A stretch of 64,000 bases of DNA from Planctomycetota bacterium (GCA_965248445.1 CBDFJG010000001.1:352001-416000), one strand, 5' to 3'; positions 17,622 through 28,267 are shown, numbered from the stretch's first letter. Numbers and translations: made by a program. Notes: generated from the sequence alone by a model not told the origin.

Positions 17622-18800
17622 CTACACGCGCCCCCCGATCGGAGTCGGGTTCGGCACAAGATGCGCAGTGGCGCCGCGGGCCAGGATCGCGTCGCCCCCC
17701 TGGGTCTGCGTCTCTCCGAGCACGTCGCGAAGGAGCGCGGCCAGGCGGCGCCAGACCGAGTCCTGCAGGTACGGCATGCCGTATTGCTCGCAGAGCTCCT
17801 GCAGTCGCGGTTGAGCGCGGACCAGTTGCGCGGGCGCCAGGTCGGGCCACAGGTGATGCTCCACCTGGTAGTTCAGATAACCGTGGAGGAGGTCGTTGAC
17901 TGCACCGCCCGTGCGGTAGTTCGCGGTTCCGTGAAGCTGCCGCAGGAGCGCCTCATCGCTGGTCTGGGGCGGTGTGTCAAATCGCAAGATGTCGTCCCCC
18001 GCATGGCTGGGCACGATGATCGCGAACGCGTGCAGGTTCGCGAGCACCTCGGCTACGAGCAGATTCGCGAGAACGGCGAGCGTCGCGCCCAAGCCGAGTG
18101 GCAGGAAGCACAACGGGAGCAACACGAAGCGCAAGAGCAGCGTCGGCAGCCACACCTGCAGCCAGACTTCGCGGCCGAGACGCCTGGTCGGCAGGTAGAC
18201 GTCAGCATCGAACGGATCGAACGGCGTCGGCGGGATGCGCTCCTTCCGTTCCATCACGCGTCGCACGGTGTTCGGGCCGTAGTACACCGGCCGCCAGATC
18301 GCGGCGGCAATGAACACGAAGACGGCAGCGAACGGCCGCCGCAACCCCCAAGCGCGCAACCAGGCGAAGTTCGCGACGGGTTCGTCCGGGTCGTACGTCT
18401 CGCCGAGTCGGTGGTGGTGCAGGGAGTTGTGTTCGACCACCCACGCCCTCGGGGGGATCCAGTCCGCCCAGTCGAGGATGCGCCGCCACCCGCGCGCGAA
18501 CGTGCGACTGGTCCAGTGCGACGGCGCGTCGTCACGTTCGTCGAACGCGCCGTGCAAGATGTGGTGCGCGACGATTGTCCAGCGGATCACGCCGCCGAGT
18601 GCGAGGGCCACCACGGACAGTGGATTCAGCGCCCACCACGCAACTCCCAAGCCGAGGAGAGTGAGCGAGCGGCCGAGGAGCGAAATGCGCGCAAGGTGGG
18701 CGACATCACTCGAACGTCGATCCGCACGCAACTCATCGCCCAGCGCGCGCACGTCGCGCAGAAATGCCGCCGTGCGAACCGGACTCTGAATTCTGCTCAC
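17622..18800 (-). CDS. Membrane fatty acid desaturase
   Basis: His boxes HHILH, HNSLHH, QVEHH. Start (GTG 18800) is uncertain. Confidence 0.88.
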   Translation of the reverse strand: MSRIQSPVRTAAFLRDVRALGDELRADRRSSDVAHLARISLLGRSLTLLGLGVAWWALNPLSVVALALGGVIRWTIVAHHILHGAFDERDDAPSHWTSRTFARGWRRILDWADWIPPRAWVVEHNSLHHHRLGETYDPDEPVANFAWLRAWGLRRPFAAVFVFIAAAIWRPVYYGPNTVRRVMERKERIPPTPFDPFDADVYLPTRRLGREVWLQVWLPTLLLRFVLLPLCFLPLGLGATLAVLANLLVAEVLANLHAFAIIVPSHAGDDILRFDTPPQTSDEALLRQLHGTANYRTGGAVNDLLHGYLNYQVEHHLWPDLAPAQLVRAQPRLQELCEQYGMPYLQDSVWRRLAALLRDVLGETQTQGGDAILARGATAHLVPNPTPIGGRV

Positions 18801-19022
18801 GGCGCCCCCACACGATTGCGGGGCGTCAATGCCACGCGGAACCGGTGCCGCCGAAGAGTCTTCACATGGGAGCACTGACAACGGCGGATTTCATCACCGC
18901 ACCGACGTCGCTGACACGCCAACCGAGCAGCGCCGGCAGCGGCCCGTCCCGTAGCGCGGACACGATGTGTCAGTCAGTCCTCACACTCACGCCAGCGGCA
19001 GCGAGCACGCGGGCGTGGTGCG

Positions 19023-20876
19023 TCACTTCGCCGCGCGCTTCTCCTCGGCCTTTTGGATCACTTCGGCAAGCACCGCTGCAGCCCTCGCGGTCTGATCCTC
19101 GAGCGCGGCGCGACAGATCTCCAGCACGCGATCGTGCTCGACGGCGTTGCTCGTGAGCGACCAGCGGGCCGCGCCGCCGATCAACAGCCGTGCCGTGTCG
19201 GACTCATCCTCCGACCATTGCAGAACCTTGATGATCCGCCGCACATGCTGTGCGTCGCCACTGGCCATGAACATGCCCCAGAACATGTCCAGGACACTCG
19301 GAGACGTGATCGGGATGTCCTCGTCGGCAGGCGGGCTGGTCGTGAGCAACGGCGCGAGCATCGTATCGTCACCATCAGGCCCCGCGGCGGCACGCAAGCG
19401 TGTCTCCAGTTCATCGACTTGCGCCATCCAAAGTGCGCTGACGACGACGCGCCGGCAGTTGAGGCTCGTGTCGCCGAGGCGCTCGGACCAATCCGCGATG
19501 CGATCCGGGTTGGCGCGGAAGATCTCCGCCAGAAAGGACGTGATCACGACCTGCGCCCCTTGGCGCTTGAGCAGACCGTCTCCGTCGACGAAGCGCAGGT
19601 ACTCTTCCACGCGCTGCGGCTCCGGGTCGAGGTAGTACCCCTGGAACCAGCGATCGGCGCCCGCGCGGTCGGCGATGCGTTCAGCGGCGGGCGCGTCATC
19701 CTGCAGACCGTCGGCCTCGGCCACGAGCGCGAGGATCACGTCGTTGCACGCCTTGGGTCCGGCCTCGCCCCGCGCATTCGCGACGGCGAGGAACGCGAGA
19801 CCGCGCTCCGGGGCGAGCCAGGCGCTCGCGTACCACATGGTGTTCGATCCGTTGTGCGTGAGCACCGGTCCGGGCTTCCCGTCGGCGCCGGCCCACGACT
19901 GCGTCGTGACCATCCAGCCGAGCGCGTAGCTCTGGCCCGGCAGCGGCGTGTGCAACGTGTTGAAGGTCTCCTTCGAGAGGAAGCCCTCGACGTCTCCCTG
20001 TGCCCCGCGCAAGTGCGCCGCGCAGAACCGTCCCCAGTCCTCGAGAGAGAGGTGCACCCGCCCCGCCGGAGCGATCGCCGTCGGATTGTCCGCGCCGGGG
20101 ACGTTCGGAGGCATGGGGCGCCACGTTTCCCCTTGTGCGGCGTGGCCCCAGGGCTGGTCGGGCGCCGCCGGCTTCGTCTTCTTCCCGGGGGGACCGAAGC
20201 CGGCCGTGGTGATGCCAAGCGGCTTGAACACCTCACGCTGCACGAGCGATTCGTAGTCGAGCTTCGCCCGCACCTCGGCGGCGTGGCCCGCGAGCGCAAA
20301 GCCGGCGTTCGAGTAGAGGTTGTCCGTCCCGGGAGCAGCCTCGGGCGGACGCTTCGCGAGGTCGGCGAGCAAGAGCCGCCGCGCCTTCTGCGGTGTCCCC
20401 TTGTGCGACCAGAGCTGCAGCCAGACCGGCAGTTGCGTCAGATCCGCGCCCACACCGGCCCGGTTGCCGAGCAGGCGGTGCATCGTGGCGCCCTTCCAGC
20501 CCTCGGCGAACTTCACCCTCGGAAACACCGCGGTGAGCTCCGTGTCGAACGTGAGCTTCTTCTGCTCGTGCAGCCGCGCCAGCAGCGTCGCTGTGATCGC
20601 CTTCGTGTCGGACCCGATGTGCCACAGGTCGCGCGGCGTCACCGCCGTCTTGCCGCCGTGTACGCGCACACCGCTCACTCCGAGCGCCACGGTGCGCCGC
20701 GTGTCCACGATCGCCCCGCCGAGCGCCGGCACACCGTGCTTCTCGAGGATCGGAGCCAGCACGGACGAGATGTCCCGCGGCGGAACGGGGTCCTTCGCTG
20801 CGCCCAGATCCGCTAATCCCGCGGTAACGGCGAGGCCTGCGGCCAGCACGACGAGCGACGGTCGACGAAGTCCCAT
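19023..20876 (-). CDS. Serine hydrolase (beta-lactamase class C family) with extra C-terminal helical domain
   Basis: Signal peptide, SDTK (SxxK), YSN, HNGS; about 210 extra residues after the hydrolase domain. Confidence 0.88.
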   Translation of the reverse strand: MGLRRPSLVVLAAGLAVTAGLADLGAAKDPVPPRDISSVLAPILEKHGVPALGGAIVDTRRTVALGVSGVRVHGGKTAVTPRDLWHIGSDTKAITATLLARLHEQKKLTFDTELTAVFPRVKFAEGWKGATMHRLLGNRAGVGADLTQLPVWLQLWSHKGTPQKARRLLLADLAKRPPEAAPGTDNLYSNAGFALAGHAAEVRAKLDYESLVQREVFKPLGITTAGFGPPGKKTKPAAPDQPWGHAAQGETWRPMPPNVPGADNPTAIAPAGRVHLSLEDWGRFCAAHLRGAQGDVEGFLSKETFNTLHTPLPGQSYALGWMVTTQSWAGADGKPGPVLTHNGSNTMWYASAWLAPERGLAFLAVANARGEAGPKACNDVILALVAEADGLQDDAPAAERIADRAGADRWFQGYYLDPEPQRVEEYLRFVDGDGLLKRQGAQVVITSFLAEIFRANPDRIADWSERLGDTSLNCRRVVVSALWMAQVDELETRLRAAAGPDGDDTMLAPLLTTSPPADEDIPITSPSVLDMFWGMFMASGDAQHVRRIIKVLQWSEDESDTARLLIGGAARWSLTSNAVEHDRVLEICRAALEDQTARAAAVLAEVIQKAEEKRAAK

Positions 20877-20920
20877 TCCGGCATCGTACGGGGGAGGCGC
20901 TACCGCTAGCCTCCGCCTTC

Positions 20921-21916
20921 ATGCCAAACTTCACACGTCGGGACGTACTGGGAGCGGGAGCACTGGCGGGCGCCGCGCTGGCGCTGGGAGCGAGACGCGC
21001 TTCCGCACAGTCGGCGAAAATGCCGATCTCCGTGTCCAGCGGCAACGGACTGAGAGCCGTCGCCAAGGCGTGCGAGCGCGTTGCGGCCGGCGACCGGCCC
21101 GTTCACGCCAGTGTGCAGGGCGTCAGCATCAACGAAGCGGATCCGGAGGACACCAGCGTCGGTCTCGGCGGCTCCCCGAACGAACAAGGTGTCATGGAGC
21201 TCGACGCGTGCGTCATGGACGGCACCCGTGGGCTCGCGGGATCGGTGGCGGGCATCCGCGACATCCTGCATCCCTCCCAGGTCGCGCTGCGTGTGCTTGA
21301 CCGCACCGACCACGTGATGCTGGTCGGGGAGGGCGCCTACAAGTTCGCCCGCGCCCACGGCTTCCCGCACACGGACCTGTTGACGGAGAAGGCGCGCAAG
21401 CGCTGGCTCGATTGGAAGGAGAACCTGTCGGACAAGGACGACTGGGTGCCGCCCAACGATGGCGGGACCATCACGTGTCTGACCCGCGCAGTGGACGGGC
21501 GCATGGGCGGGTCCACGACCACGAGCGGTCTCGCCTACAAGATCCCCGGCCGCGTGGGCGACAGCCCGATCATCGGTGCGGGCTTGTACGTGGACGACAC
21601 CGCGGGAGCCGCCGGCTGCACGGGGCGCGGCGAGGCCTGCATCGTCACATGCGCGGCGTTCCTGGCGGTGGAGTCGATGCGCTGCGGCATGACGGCGACG
21701 GAGGCCGCGCTGGAGGCGTGCAAGCGCATCGTGGCGCGAACGAAAGACGAGCGTCTCCTGAACGAGCAGGGACACCCGACCTTCAACGTGAAGATCCACT
21801 GCCTCCGCAACGACGGCGACCACGGCGGCGCGGCGATCTGGAGCGGCGGGAAGTACGCGGTTCAGGACGCGGAGGGTGCCCGGCTCACCGACATGGCCCA
21901 CGTATTCGAGCGCTGA
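20921..21916 (+). CDS. Asparaginase-2 / glycosylasparaginase-family Ntn hydrolase with Tat signal
   Basis: TRRDVL Tat motif, SVGLGGSPN, ELDACVMDG, GT catalytic Thr, GRVGDSPIIGAG, TGRGE. Confidence 0.92.
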   Translation: MPNFTRRDVLGAGALAGAALALGARRASAQSAKMPISVSSGNGLRAVAKACERVAAGDRPVHASVQGVSINEADPEDTSVGLGGSPNEQGVMELDACVMDGTRGLAGSVAGIRDILHPSQVALRVLDRTDHVMLVGEGAYKFARAHGFPHTDLLTEKARKRWLDWKENLSDKDDWVPPNDGGTITCLTRAVDGRMGGSTTTSGLAYKIPGRVGDSPIIGAGLYVDDTAGAAGCTGRGEACIVTCAAFLAVESMRCGMTATEAALEACKRIVARTKDERLLNEQGHPTFNVKIHCLRNDGDHGGAAIWSGGKYAVQDAEGARLTDMAHVFER

Positions 21917-21958
21917 TCGCGGGACTCCGGCGGCGGCGCCGGCCCACAAGATTGCGTT

Positions 21959-22405
21959 CTAGGGGCTCCCACGAATCGGGAGTCGATCGAGCACGCCGCG
22001 AACGCCCGCACTGATGGCCGGCAAGTGACTCTGATCGATCGAGAATCGAAACCTGTGGTCCTGGTGCAGATGGTCTGGCGAAACTCGGACCTCTGCTTCA
22101 ATCGTGCCACGCGAGTCTGCAATGGAGAGCTCGACTCCCAGGTTCGGCTCCATGCACGAGAGTTCGGCCTTTCCGCTGAGGACCTCGTGAAGCGACTCGC
22201 ACTGAGTCGCGAAGCTCGCCAACTCGGGTAGATGCAGGATCGAGCCGTGGGCTCGTACCGACCCACCGCCCTCGGCGCAGTGCGCCGTGATGCGCAACCA
22301 GTTGCCGTCCCAGTAGTCCTGAGAGTCGTCGAACTGGCGCCCATGAACCCAGATTCGGAGAGGTCCGATCTCGATGTTTGGCTCGCCGAGCTTCGTCACA
22401 TCCAT
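21959..22405 (-). CDS. Hypothetical protein resembling WapI-like immunity proteins
   Basis: DYWDGNWL and FSIDQSHL motifs, recalled from this family and not searched. Confidence 0.55.
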   Translation of the reverse strand: MDVTKLGEPNIEIGPLRIWVHGRQFDDSQDYWDGNWLRITAHCAEGGGSVRAHGSILHLPELASFATQCESLHEVLSGKAELSCMEPNLGVELSIADSRGTIEAEVRVSPDHLHQDHRFRFSIDQSHLPAISAGVRGVLDRLPIRGSP

Positions 22406-22479
22406 GTCCGTCCGCCGTGGGAGAGGTACCGCGCTCCAAAGTAGCGGACACGGCACTTCAGGGATCGTCTCCGATCCGC

Positions 22480-23361
22480 TCAGCGCGCCGTCGCGTCCTT
22501 GCGATCACGAACCTCGTCGAGAAGTTCGAGGCGGCTCTGCAATGCCGTGTCCTTGGGAAAGAGGTCGAGGCCCGAGCGCCACGTCTTCTCAGCGTCTTCC
22601 GCGCGGTCGAGGTTGTAGTAGAGGTGGCCGAGCCACACGAACGCCTCGGCGTGCTTGTCGAGCGGCGTGCGGTCCCGCTGCTGCCGCACCAGGAGCTCGA
22701 ACTCGCGGAGTGACTCCGCCTGCATGTCGGCCCAGTAGTAGTGCCGTGCGAGCGCGAATCGCGCCTCCCAGTTGGTCTCGTCGAGTTCGAGAGCGCGCAG
22801 CAGGGCGTCGGCACCTCGGCTGCCCCACTTGCCGGCCTGGGGGCCCCCGGGCGTCGAACGCATCTTCGCGAAGTACGCCCGCGCGAGCTGCAACTGTGCC
22901 GTTGCGTCGCGGGACTGGTCGCCTGCGATCGCTTCGAATCGCGAGACGAGCTCATCGGTGGCGCCAGCTTCCTGCACCTGCGCCCACAGTTCGTCGCGCT
23001 CCGCCTGGGAGAGTCCGGAAGTCGAGAGTTGGGCAAGGAACTGTGTCACATCGACCGGTGTGTTCGCGGGTTCCGCCGCTGTCGTCGACGCCGCAATTCG
23101 CAGATCGACGATGCGCGGCACGTCGGCTTCGGTCAGTCCAGCCGCCGGCGTAACGTGGGGCTGGCCCCGCGGCTCCGGTGCGCGCACGCGCGCCGTCGTG
23201 CCCTGCCGCCGCTCCAGAGCGTCGAGACGCTGAGCGATCTCCGCCAGCGCGGTGTCGTGGTCGGTCGATTCGACGTCGTCCCGTGTCAGGAGAACGGTGG
23301 TCGCGGCAGCCCCGGCGACGGACAAGGCAATCGTCAGCGCGACGAGTTGGAGCTGTTTCAT
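22480..23361 (-). CDS. Membrane-anchored TPR protein
   Basis: N-terminal hydrophobic segment; TPRs ALELDETNWEARFALA and AFVWLGHLYYNL. Confidence 0.8.
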   Translation of the reverse strand: MKQLQLVALTIALSVAGAAATTVLLTRDDVESTDHDTALAEIAQRLDALERRQGTTARVRAPEPRGQPHVTPAAGLTEADVPRIVDLRIAASTTAAEPANTPVDVTQFLAQLSTSGLSQAERDELWAQVQEAGATDELVSRFEAIAGDQSRDATAQLQLARAYFAKMRSTPGGPQAGKWGSRGADALLRALELDETNWEARFALARHYYWADMQAESLREFELLVRQQRDRTPLDKHAEAFVWLGHLYYNLDRAEDAEKTWRSGLDLFPKDTALQSRLELLDEVRDRKDATAR

Positions 23362-23469
23362 GTCTCAGACGGTAGCGCTCCCGTGGCGAAGACAGTCCCG
23401 AGAACAGCAATTCCCATCACGGTGTCGGCGCAATCGCTCACGAATCGAGCGGGAGAGCGGCGTCCGCGC

Positions 23470-23640
23470 TCACTCGTCGTCGAACTCCTCGCTCGCGAAC
23501 TCGTTGCCGTCGCACGTGTTCTCGCTCTTCGGTCGCAGGCTGTTGAAGTTCGGTTCACCGTTCGTCTTCGCCGTGTTCTGGTGAACTTGACCGCGTTCTT
23601 GATCAGCGTCGTCGTCTCTCCGATCACTTCGTCGATGCCA
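23470..23640 (-). pseudogene. Frameshifted C-terminal remnant of a beta-helix gene
   Basis: GIDEVIGETTTLIKNAVKFT, frame change, then NTAKTNGEPNFNSLRPKSENTCDGNEFASEEFDDE-stop; resembles the C-termini of the genes at 1481 and 11338. Confidence 0.6.
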
Positions 23641-23655
23641 GCGACGCGGCCGGGA

Positions 23656-24891
23656 TCAGTCGCCGAGCGAGAATCCGTTGCGGCGTCCGTCGATGGTCGC
23701 GTCGGCGGCGTCGAAGTCCGCCGGCACGAACGAGGGCGCCCCACGGAACACGTAGATCGTCCCGCCCTGGTTCACGTTGGTATCGTGCTCCGGTGCGCCC
23801 ACGATCAGATCGTCGCGGCCGTCGCCGTTGGTGTCGTAGAGGAGCAGCGAGCGGCCGAACGCATCCTGCGACGTCTCGGCGTCGATGATGTCGCGCGAGT
23901 TCCCGAAACCGGCCGTGCCGATCGCGACGCCGCCGAGGTAGATGGCGACGCGACTGCCGAAACTGCCGAAGCTCCCGTCGCCCGGACGGGGCGCGGAGAC
24001 GAGCAGGTCGTCCTGACCGTCCGCGTTGACGTCGCCGATGACGAGCGCAGCGCCGACCAAGTCGTTCTGGATCACCCCGCGGATCGAGCCGTCCGCGGCG
24101 ATCGCCGAGCGCGAGACCGGCGTCGCTGAACCGTTGAAGACCCACACGCGGCCCTCGTCGGTGTTGACGAAGTCGTGGAACGGCGCGCCGACCACGACCT
24201 CCGCGAACTGGTCTCCGGTCAGTTCACCGACGGCCAACGTCTGAGCGAAGTCGGCGAGCAGGCCCTCGGCCGAGTACGTCACGTCGGGCACCGACGAGAA
24301 CACGCCGCTCGACTGGAGGAAGACGTAGACCTCCTTGACCGCCGTCGCTCCGGCGGCCACCACCAGATCGACCTCGCCGTTGCCGTCGTGGTCACCGAGG
24401 CCCACCGCCGAGCCGAAGTCGTCATCCGTCGTGGTGCCGCTCACAATCCGCAGAGTCGGTGTGCCGCCGAATCCTGCGCCGCCCTCGATCAACACCGCGC
24501 GGCCGGCCGACCCGGGCAGCGGTTCGCCGACGAGGAGATCGTCCGCACCATCTCCCACCGCGTCCGCGGCCGAGAGCGATGCGCCGAACACGGCTCCCGG
24601 AGCGGCCCCGGCGAAGCTGTAGTCGGCATCGGTCACGTCGAGATTCCCCGTGATGCGCGTACCGCCGGCGAACACGAAGACCCCGTCTCCTGCCGGCGTC
24701 ACGCGAGAGACGGCCAGGTCCGTTACGCCATCGCCGTCGAAGTCCCCCAGCGCAATGGCGAGCGGGAAGAGCACGGTGGTACCCGCACGGTCGGCGATGA
24801 CGACGAATGCGTCCGAGTCCTGTTGAGCTCCGTCGAGCGCCGTGAACAGCCGTACCTCGCCCTTGCCGTTCGCGCGCGACACACGCGCCAC
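23656..24891 (-). CDS. FG-GAP / integrin-alpha repeat protein, probably 5' truncated
   Basis: Repeats GDFDGDGVTDLAV, GDVNADGQDDLLVSAP, DTNGDGRDDLIVGAP. No signal peptide or clear SD; abuts the patatin start. Confidence 0.7.
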   Translation of the reverse strand: MARVSRANGKGEVRLFTALDGAQQDSDAFVVIADRAGTTVLFPLAIALGDFDGDGVTDLAVSRVTPAGDGVFVFAGGTRITGNLDVTDADYSFAGAAPGAVFGASLSAADAVGDGADDLLVGEPLPGSAGRAVLIEGGAGFGGTPTLRIVSGTTTDDDFGSAVGLGDHDGNGEVDLVVAAGATAVKEVYVFLQSSGVFSSVPDVTYSAEGLLADFAQTLAVGELTGDQFAEVVVGAPFHDFVNTDEGRVWVFNGSATPVSRSAIAADGSIRGVIQNDLVGAALVIGDVNADGQDDLLVSAPRPGDGSFGSFGSRVAIYLGGVAIGTAGFGNSRDIIDAETSQDAFGRSLLLYDTNGDGRDDLIVGAPEHDTNVNQGGTIYVFRGAPSFVPADFDAADATIDGRRNGFSLGD

Positions 24892-24921
24892 GATGTCGGA
24901 CGCGCTACAGTGAGGCGCAGC

Positions 24922-27167
24922 ATGGAGAGCGACGACGAAGCTGGGCGAGGGGAAGGCGTACCCCTGTCGATCGCTCTTTCTGGTGGCGGACACCGTGCGA
25001 CGATGTGGGGTCTCGGAGCCCTCCTGTTCCTGGTCGACTCGGACTTCCACCGCAGGGTCGGCACCATCGCTTCGGTCTCGGGCGGTTCGATTCTGAACGC
25101 GCAGTTGGCCACGTTGGACACCAAGTACAACGCCGTCGACCAGCGCGAGTTCCAGGTGGAGTTGAGCCAGCTCGCGGCGCAGGTCGCGGGATTCCCCGTG
25201 GCGGTTCGGCTGTTCCGGAATCTGCTGGCGGGGTGGATCGCGATTTGCCTTCTGTTCGGCGATTTCCGGGTATTCGAGGACCCGTTTCTAGATCGCCTGC
25301 GCGGGCGGTCGCCAATGGTCTGGCTCGTGTGCGGCTCTACGTGCTTGGGCCTGCTCATTGGCACGAGGGAGGCCTATCGGCGAGCCACCCTCTCGCTCCA
25401 ATACCCGGTGCTGGCGGTCCCGCTGATCGTCGGGCTGTCGCTGTACTGGCCTTTCACGCTCTGGGCGTTCGTCGACCGAGGTCCGGGAGACTGGGGGCTC
25501 ACGTTGCTCATGGGCGTCCTGTTCCCCTCCTACATGGCCGGATCCGTCGCTGCCTACCTTCGCGGGACGTTGTGGAGCTGGTGGGGCATCTGGGTCTTCA
25601 TCGCGATGCTCACCGCAATGGTGTTGACCGCCGGCATGGTGTGGTGGATGGAGTGGTGGCAAGTACTCCCTTGGTCCAACGGAATGCTCCTTGCGTCGGC
25701 CGCGATCGCCGTGGGCGTTGCGTTCATCCGGTCAGCGCGCTCCGCCTTCCACCCCATCGAGACGCGAATCTACGGCGTGCTCCTGTCAATCACCCTGGCC
25801 CTGCTGGCGGTCGCAGCAATCGACGCCGTGGCGTGGCGCCACGAGGCGATCGTCGCAAGGGCGGTGACGTGGCTGGCGTTCGTCCTGCTCATCGCGGAAC
25901 TCGCGTCGGCGAGGAGCTTCCTTGCCGGTCGCGCACTTCGTGCGACGTTCCTCGGTGTTCGACACAAGGCCACCTACGGGGCGGTGCCCGGGGGCCGTCT
26001 CCCGATGCCCGATGCCGAGGATCTCTCAACGCCCTCCCGACCCTGGACCGCGAAGAGTGTGAAACTGGGCGAAATCGGTTCCGAACCGCTTCATGTGTTC
26101 TGTGCTACGGAACTCACAACCGGTCAGCCGATTTTCTTCTCTCGGGACTTCGTCTACAATGACTCGTTCGGCATGGGCAGAGCCCAGAAGATGCCGCTCC
26201 ACGACGCCGTGCAAGCGTCGGCAAACCTCCCAGGTGCATTCGCACCTCGGGCCGTGAAGTCGAGCCTCTTCAACTTCCGTCCGACGACGGCCGACGGAGC
26301 GAGCGATGCCGGAGCGTGGAGTTCCGTTCGACGTCTGTTACTCACGGACGGTGGTGTGTTCAACAACATGGCCGACGACTGGTGCCTACGGCTGCCGGCC
26401 CGAGCCGACGCACTGTTGGACGGCCTGACGCGGCTCCGGAAAGACGGTCTCGCGAGCGAGAGTGAGGTCGCGTCGCTCGTTGACTACGTGCGTCGAGAGT
26501 CCGGCAGACGCGATCTGCTCGTGCTGAACGGCTCAGGCCCTCCAGCCCCGCAGTCCAAGCCCCTGCTGACCATGCCGGGCGTGGGCGAGTTCCGGCACCT
26601 CGGTGCTGCGCTCGAGCTGCTCTATGTTCAGACGAATGCCAACCGGTCGCGAGAGCTCGAGAAGCGCTTCCGCGATCCCGAGGACTCGCTCGGCGGCGCG
26701 ATCATCCGGATCGAACAGAGTCCCTACGATCTCGCGGAGTCTCTTGCGCAGTCGGATCACGTCACCGAGCAGGTGCGACAACGCGCGAACGAAGCGATCG
26801 AGCTGCTGGATCTGATCCAACCCGACGTCTGCCGCCCGCAGAAGTCGTCGGTGCTGGTCCGGATGAGCCCCCGCGTCAGTTCTGGAGGCGAGTCGCCGAG
26901 CACAACTCCCGAGTCGGGACGACGCTCGACCCCCTCGGGCTCGACGTGATTGCGACGCTCCTGCAACACTCGTACGCTCTCACCCTGGTCAACGTGTATG
27001 TCTTGCTAGGGTGGGAGGACATCAAGGCCGGGCTCCCCCCGTACGCCCTGTTTAGGCACTTCGGCACGGGGAAGGGTGGGTGGCAACTCGACGACCCCGC
27101 GAAGACCAACGCGGCCCGCGAGCACCCGGACGACGAGCCACTCTCTGATGCGGTCGCCGCATCGTGA
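24922..27167 (+). CDS. Polytopic-membrane patatin-like phospholipase with a frameshift near 26821
   Basis: LSGGGHRA, SVSGG, ASANLPGAF, LTDGGVFNN. The C-terminus (VGTTLDPLG...LLQHSY) continues in another frame after CAACCCGA. Assembly error or true pseudogene. Confidence 0.75.
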
Positions 27168-27340
27168 CGACTCGTCTCGTGTCAGATGGGCACTCGACGC
27201 GCGCGCGCTGAGTCCACGCTCGGGTGGCGGTTCGCGCTTCCCCCGCGCTTCGGAGTGCCGCAAGATCGGTGAAGAGGCCGCCGGGGCGGCGGCAGCACTG
27301 CACTGAACGTGCGCGACGGCGCACGGGGGAGGGCTCCACC

Positions 27341-28267
27341 ATGCGCAAGACCACGCTCGCGGCGTTCGTGACGGTCGCACTCACTGCTTCGTTCGTTACA
27401 CCGACACTGGACACGGCACACGCCGTTAACGGCGACGAGATCGCCAGGGCGATCTCGAAGACGATCAACCGTCGCTTCGGCGCGCTCGTCAAGCGACACA
27501 AGTTGCTGGTCAGCGACCACAAGAAGTTCTTTTCGCAGCAGACGAAGACCATCGTCCAGAACCTGAAGTCATCGGATCCGGACGTGCTGCTCATCTTCTT
27601 CCAGACGGAGAACGCGCTGCAGCAGACGTTCTCTCAGACGACGAACGACACGCGCGGCATGATCGCGAGCCTCGCGAGCATCGTGCTGGAGTTCTACGAC
27701 GACAATCCCACGGCACTCGATGCCGTCCCGGAGCTGAGCGGCGACATGGACAGCCTGCTCGGGGAGGCGATCGAACGTCTGAACCGGAACAACGACAAGG
27801 TGCTGGCCGCCGTCCGGAAGGCGTCCGGAAAGATCGAGAAGACGGCCCGCAAGAACGACGTCCTCATGGACATCGACCTCTTCGACTTCCCCCAGTTCGT
27901 CGCGCCTCAGTTCGACCGCAACAACCAGGCCAGCAGCGGCGCGACACGCAATCGACTGGAGTACTTGTTCCTGACGGACTTCACATTCGAGGGGAACCGA
28001 GTCATCACGGGGACCGGATACACCGGCTACGAATCTCTAGACGGCGACGACATCTGGGCCGGCGTGTTCGACGCCGACAACTCGGAGATCGACAGGATGC
28101 AGCCGTCTCGGCAGCCGGACGGGCTGTTCCAGAGCGTGTTCTCAGGACTCGACTGCGACCCGAAGATCACCGCGTTTGAAATCGAAGAGAGCGAGATCGA
28201 CACCTCCCTGATCTTCGCCGACGGATTCGAGTCGGGCGACGTGTCCGCGTGGTCGAGCGGAAGGTAG
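27341..28267 (+). CDS. Secreted hypothetical protein ending in IFADGFESGDVSAWSS motif
   Basis: Signal peptide MRKTTLAAFVTVAL...AHA, SD GGGGGAGG, C-terminal IFxDGFE motif. Confidence 0.75.
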   Translation: MRKTTLAAFVTVALTASFVTPTLDTAHAVNGDEIARAISKTINRRFGALVKRHKLLVSDHKKFFSQQTKTIVQNLKSSDPDVLLIFFQTENALQQTFSQTTNDTRGMIASLASIVLEFYDDNPTALDAVPELSGDMDSLLGEAIERLNRNNDKVLAAVRKASGKIEKTARKNDVLMDIDLFDFPQFVAPQFDRNNQASSGATRNRLEYLFLTDFTFEGNRVITGTGYTGYESLDGDDIWAGVFDADNSEIDRMQPSRQPDGLFQSVFSGLDCDPKITAFEIEESEIDTSLIFADGFESGDVSAWSSGR

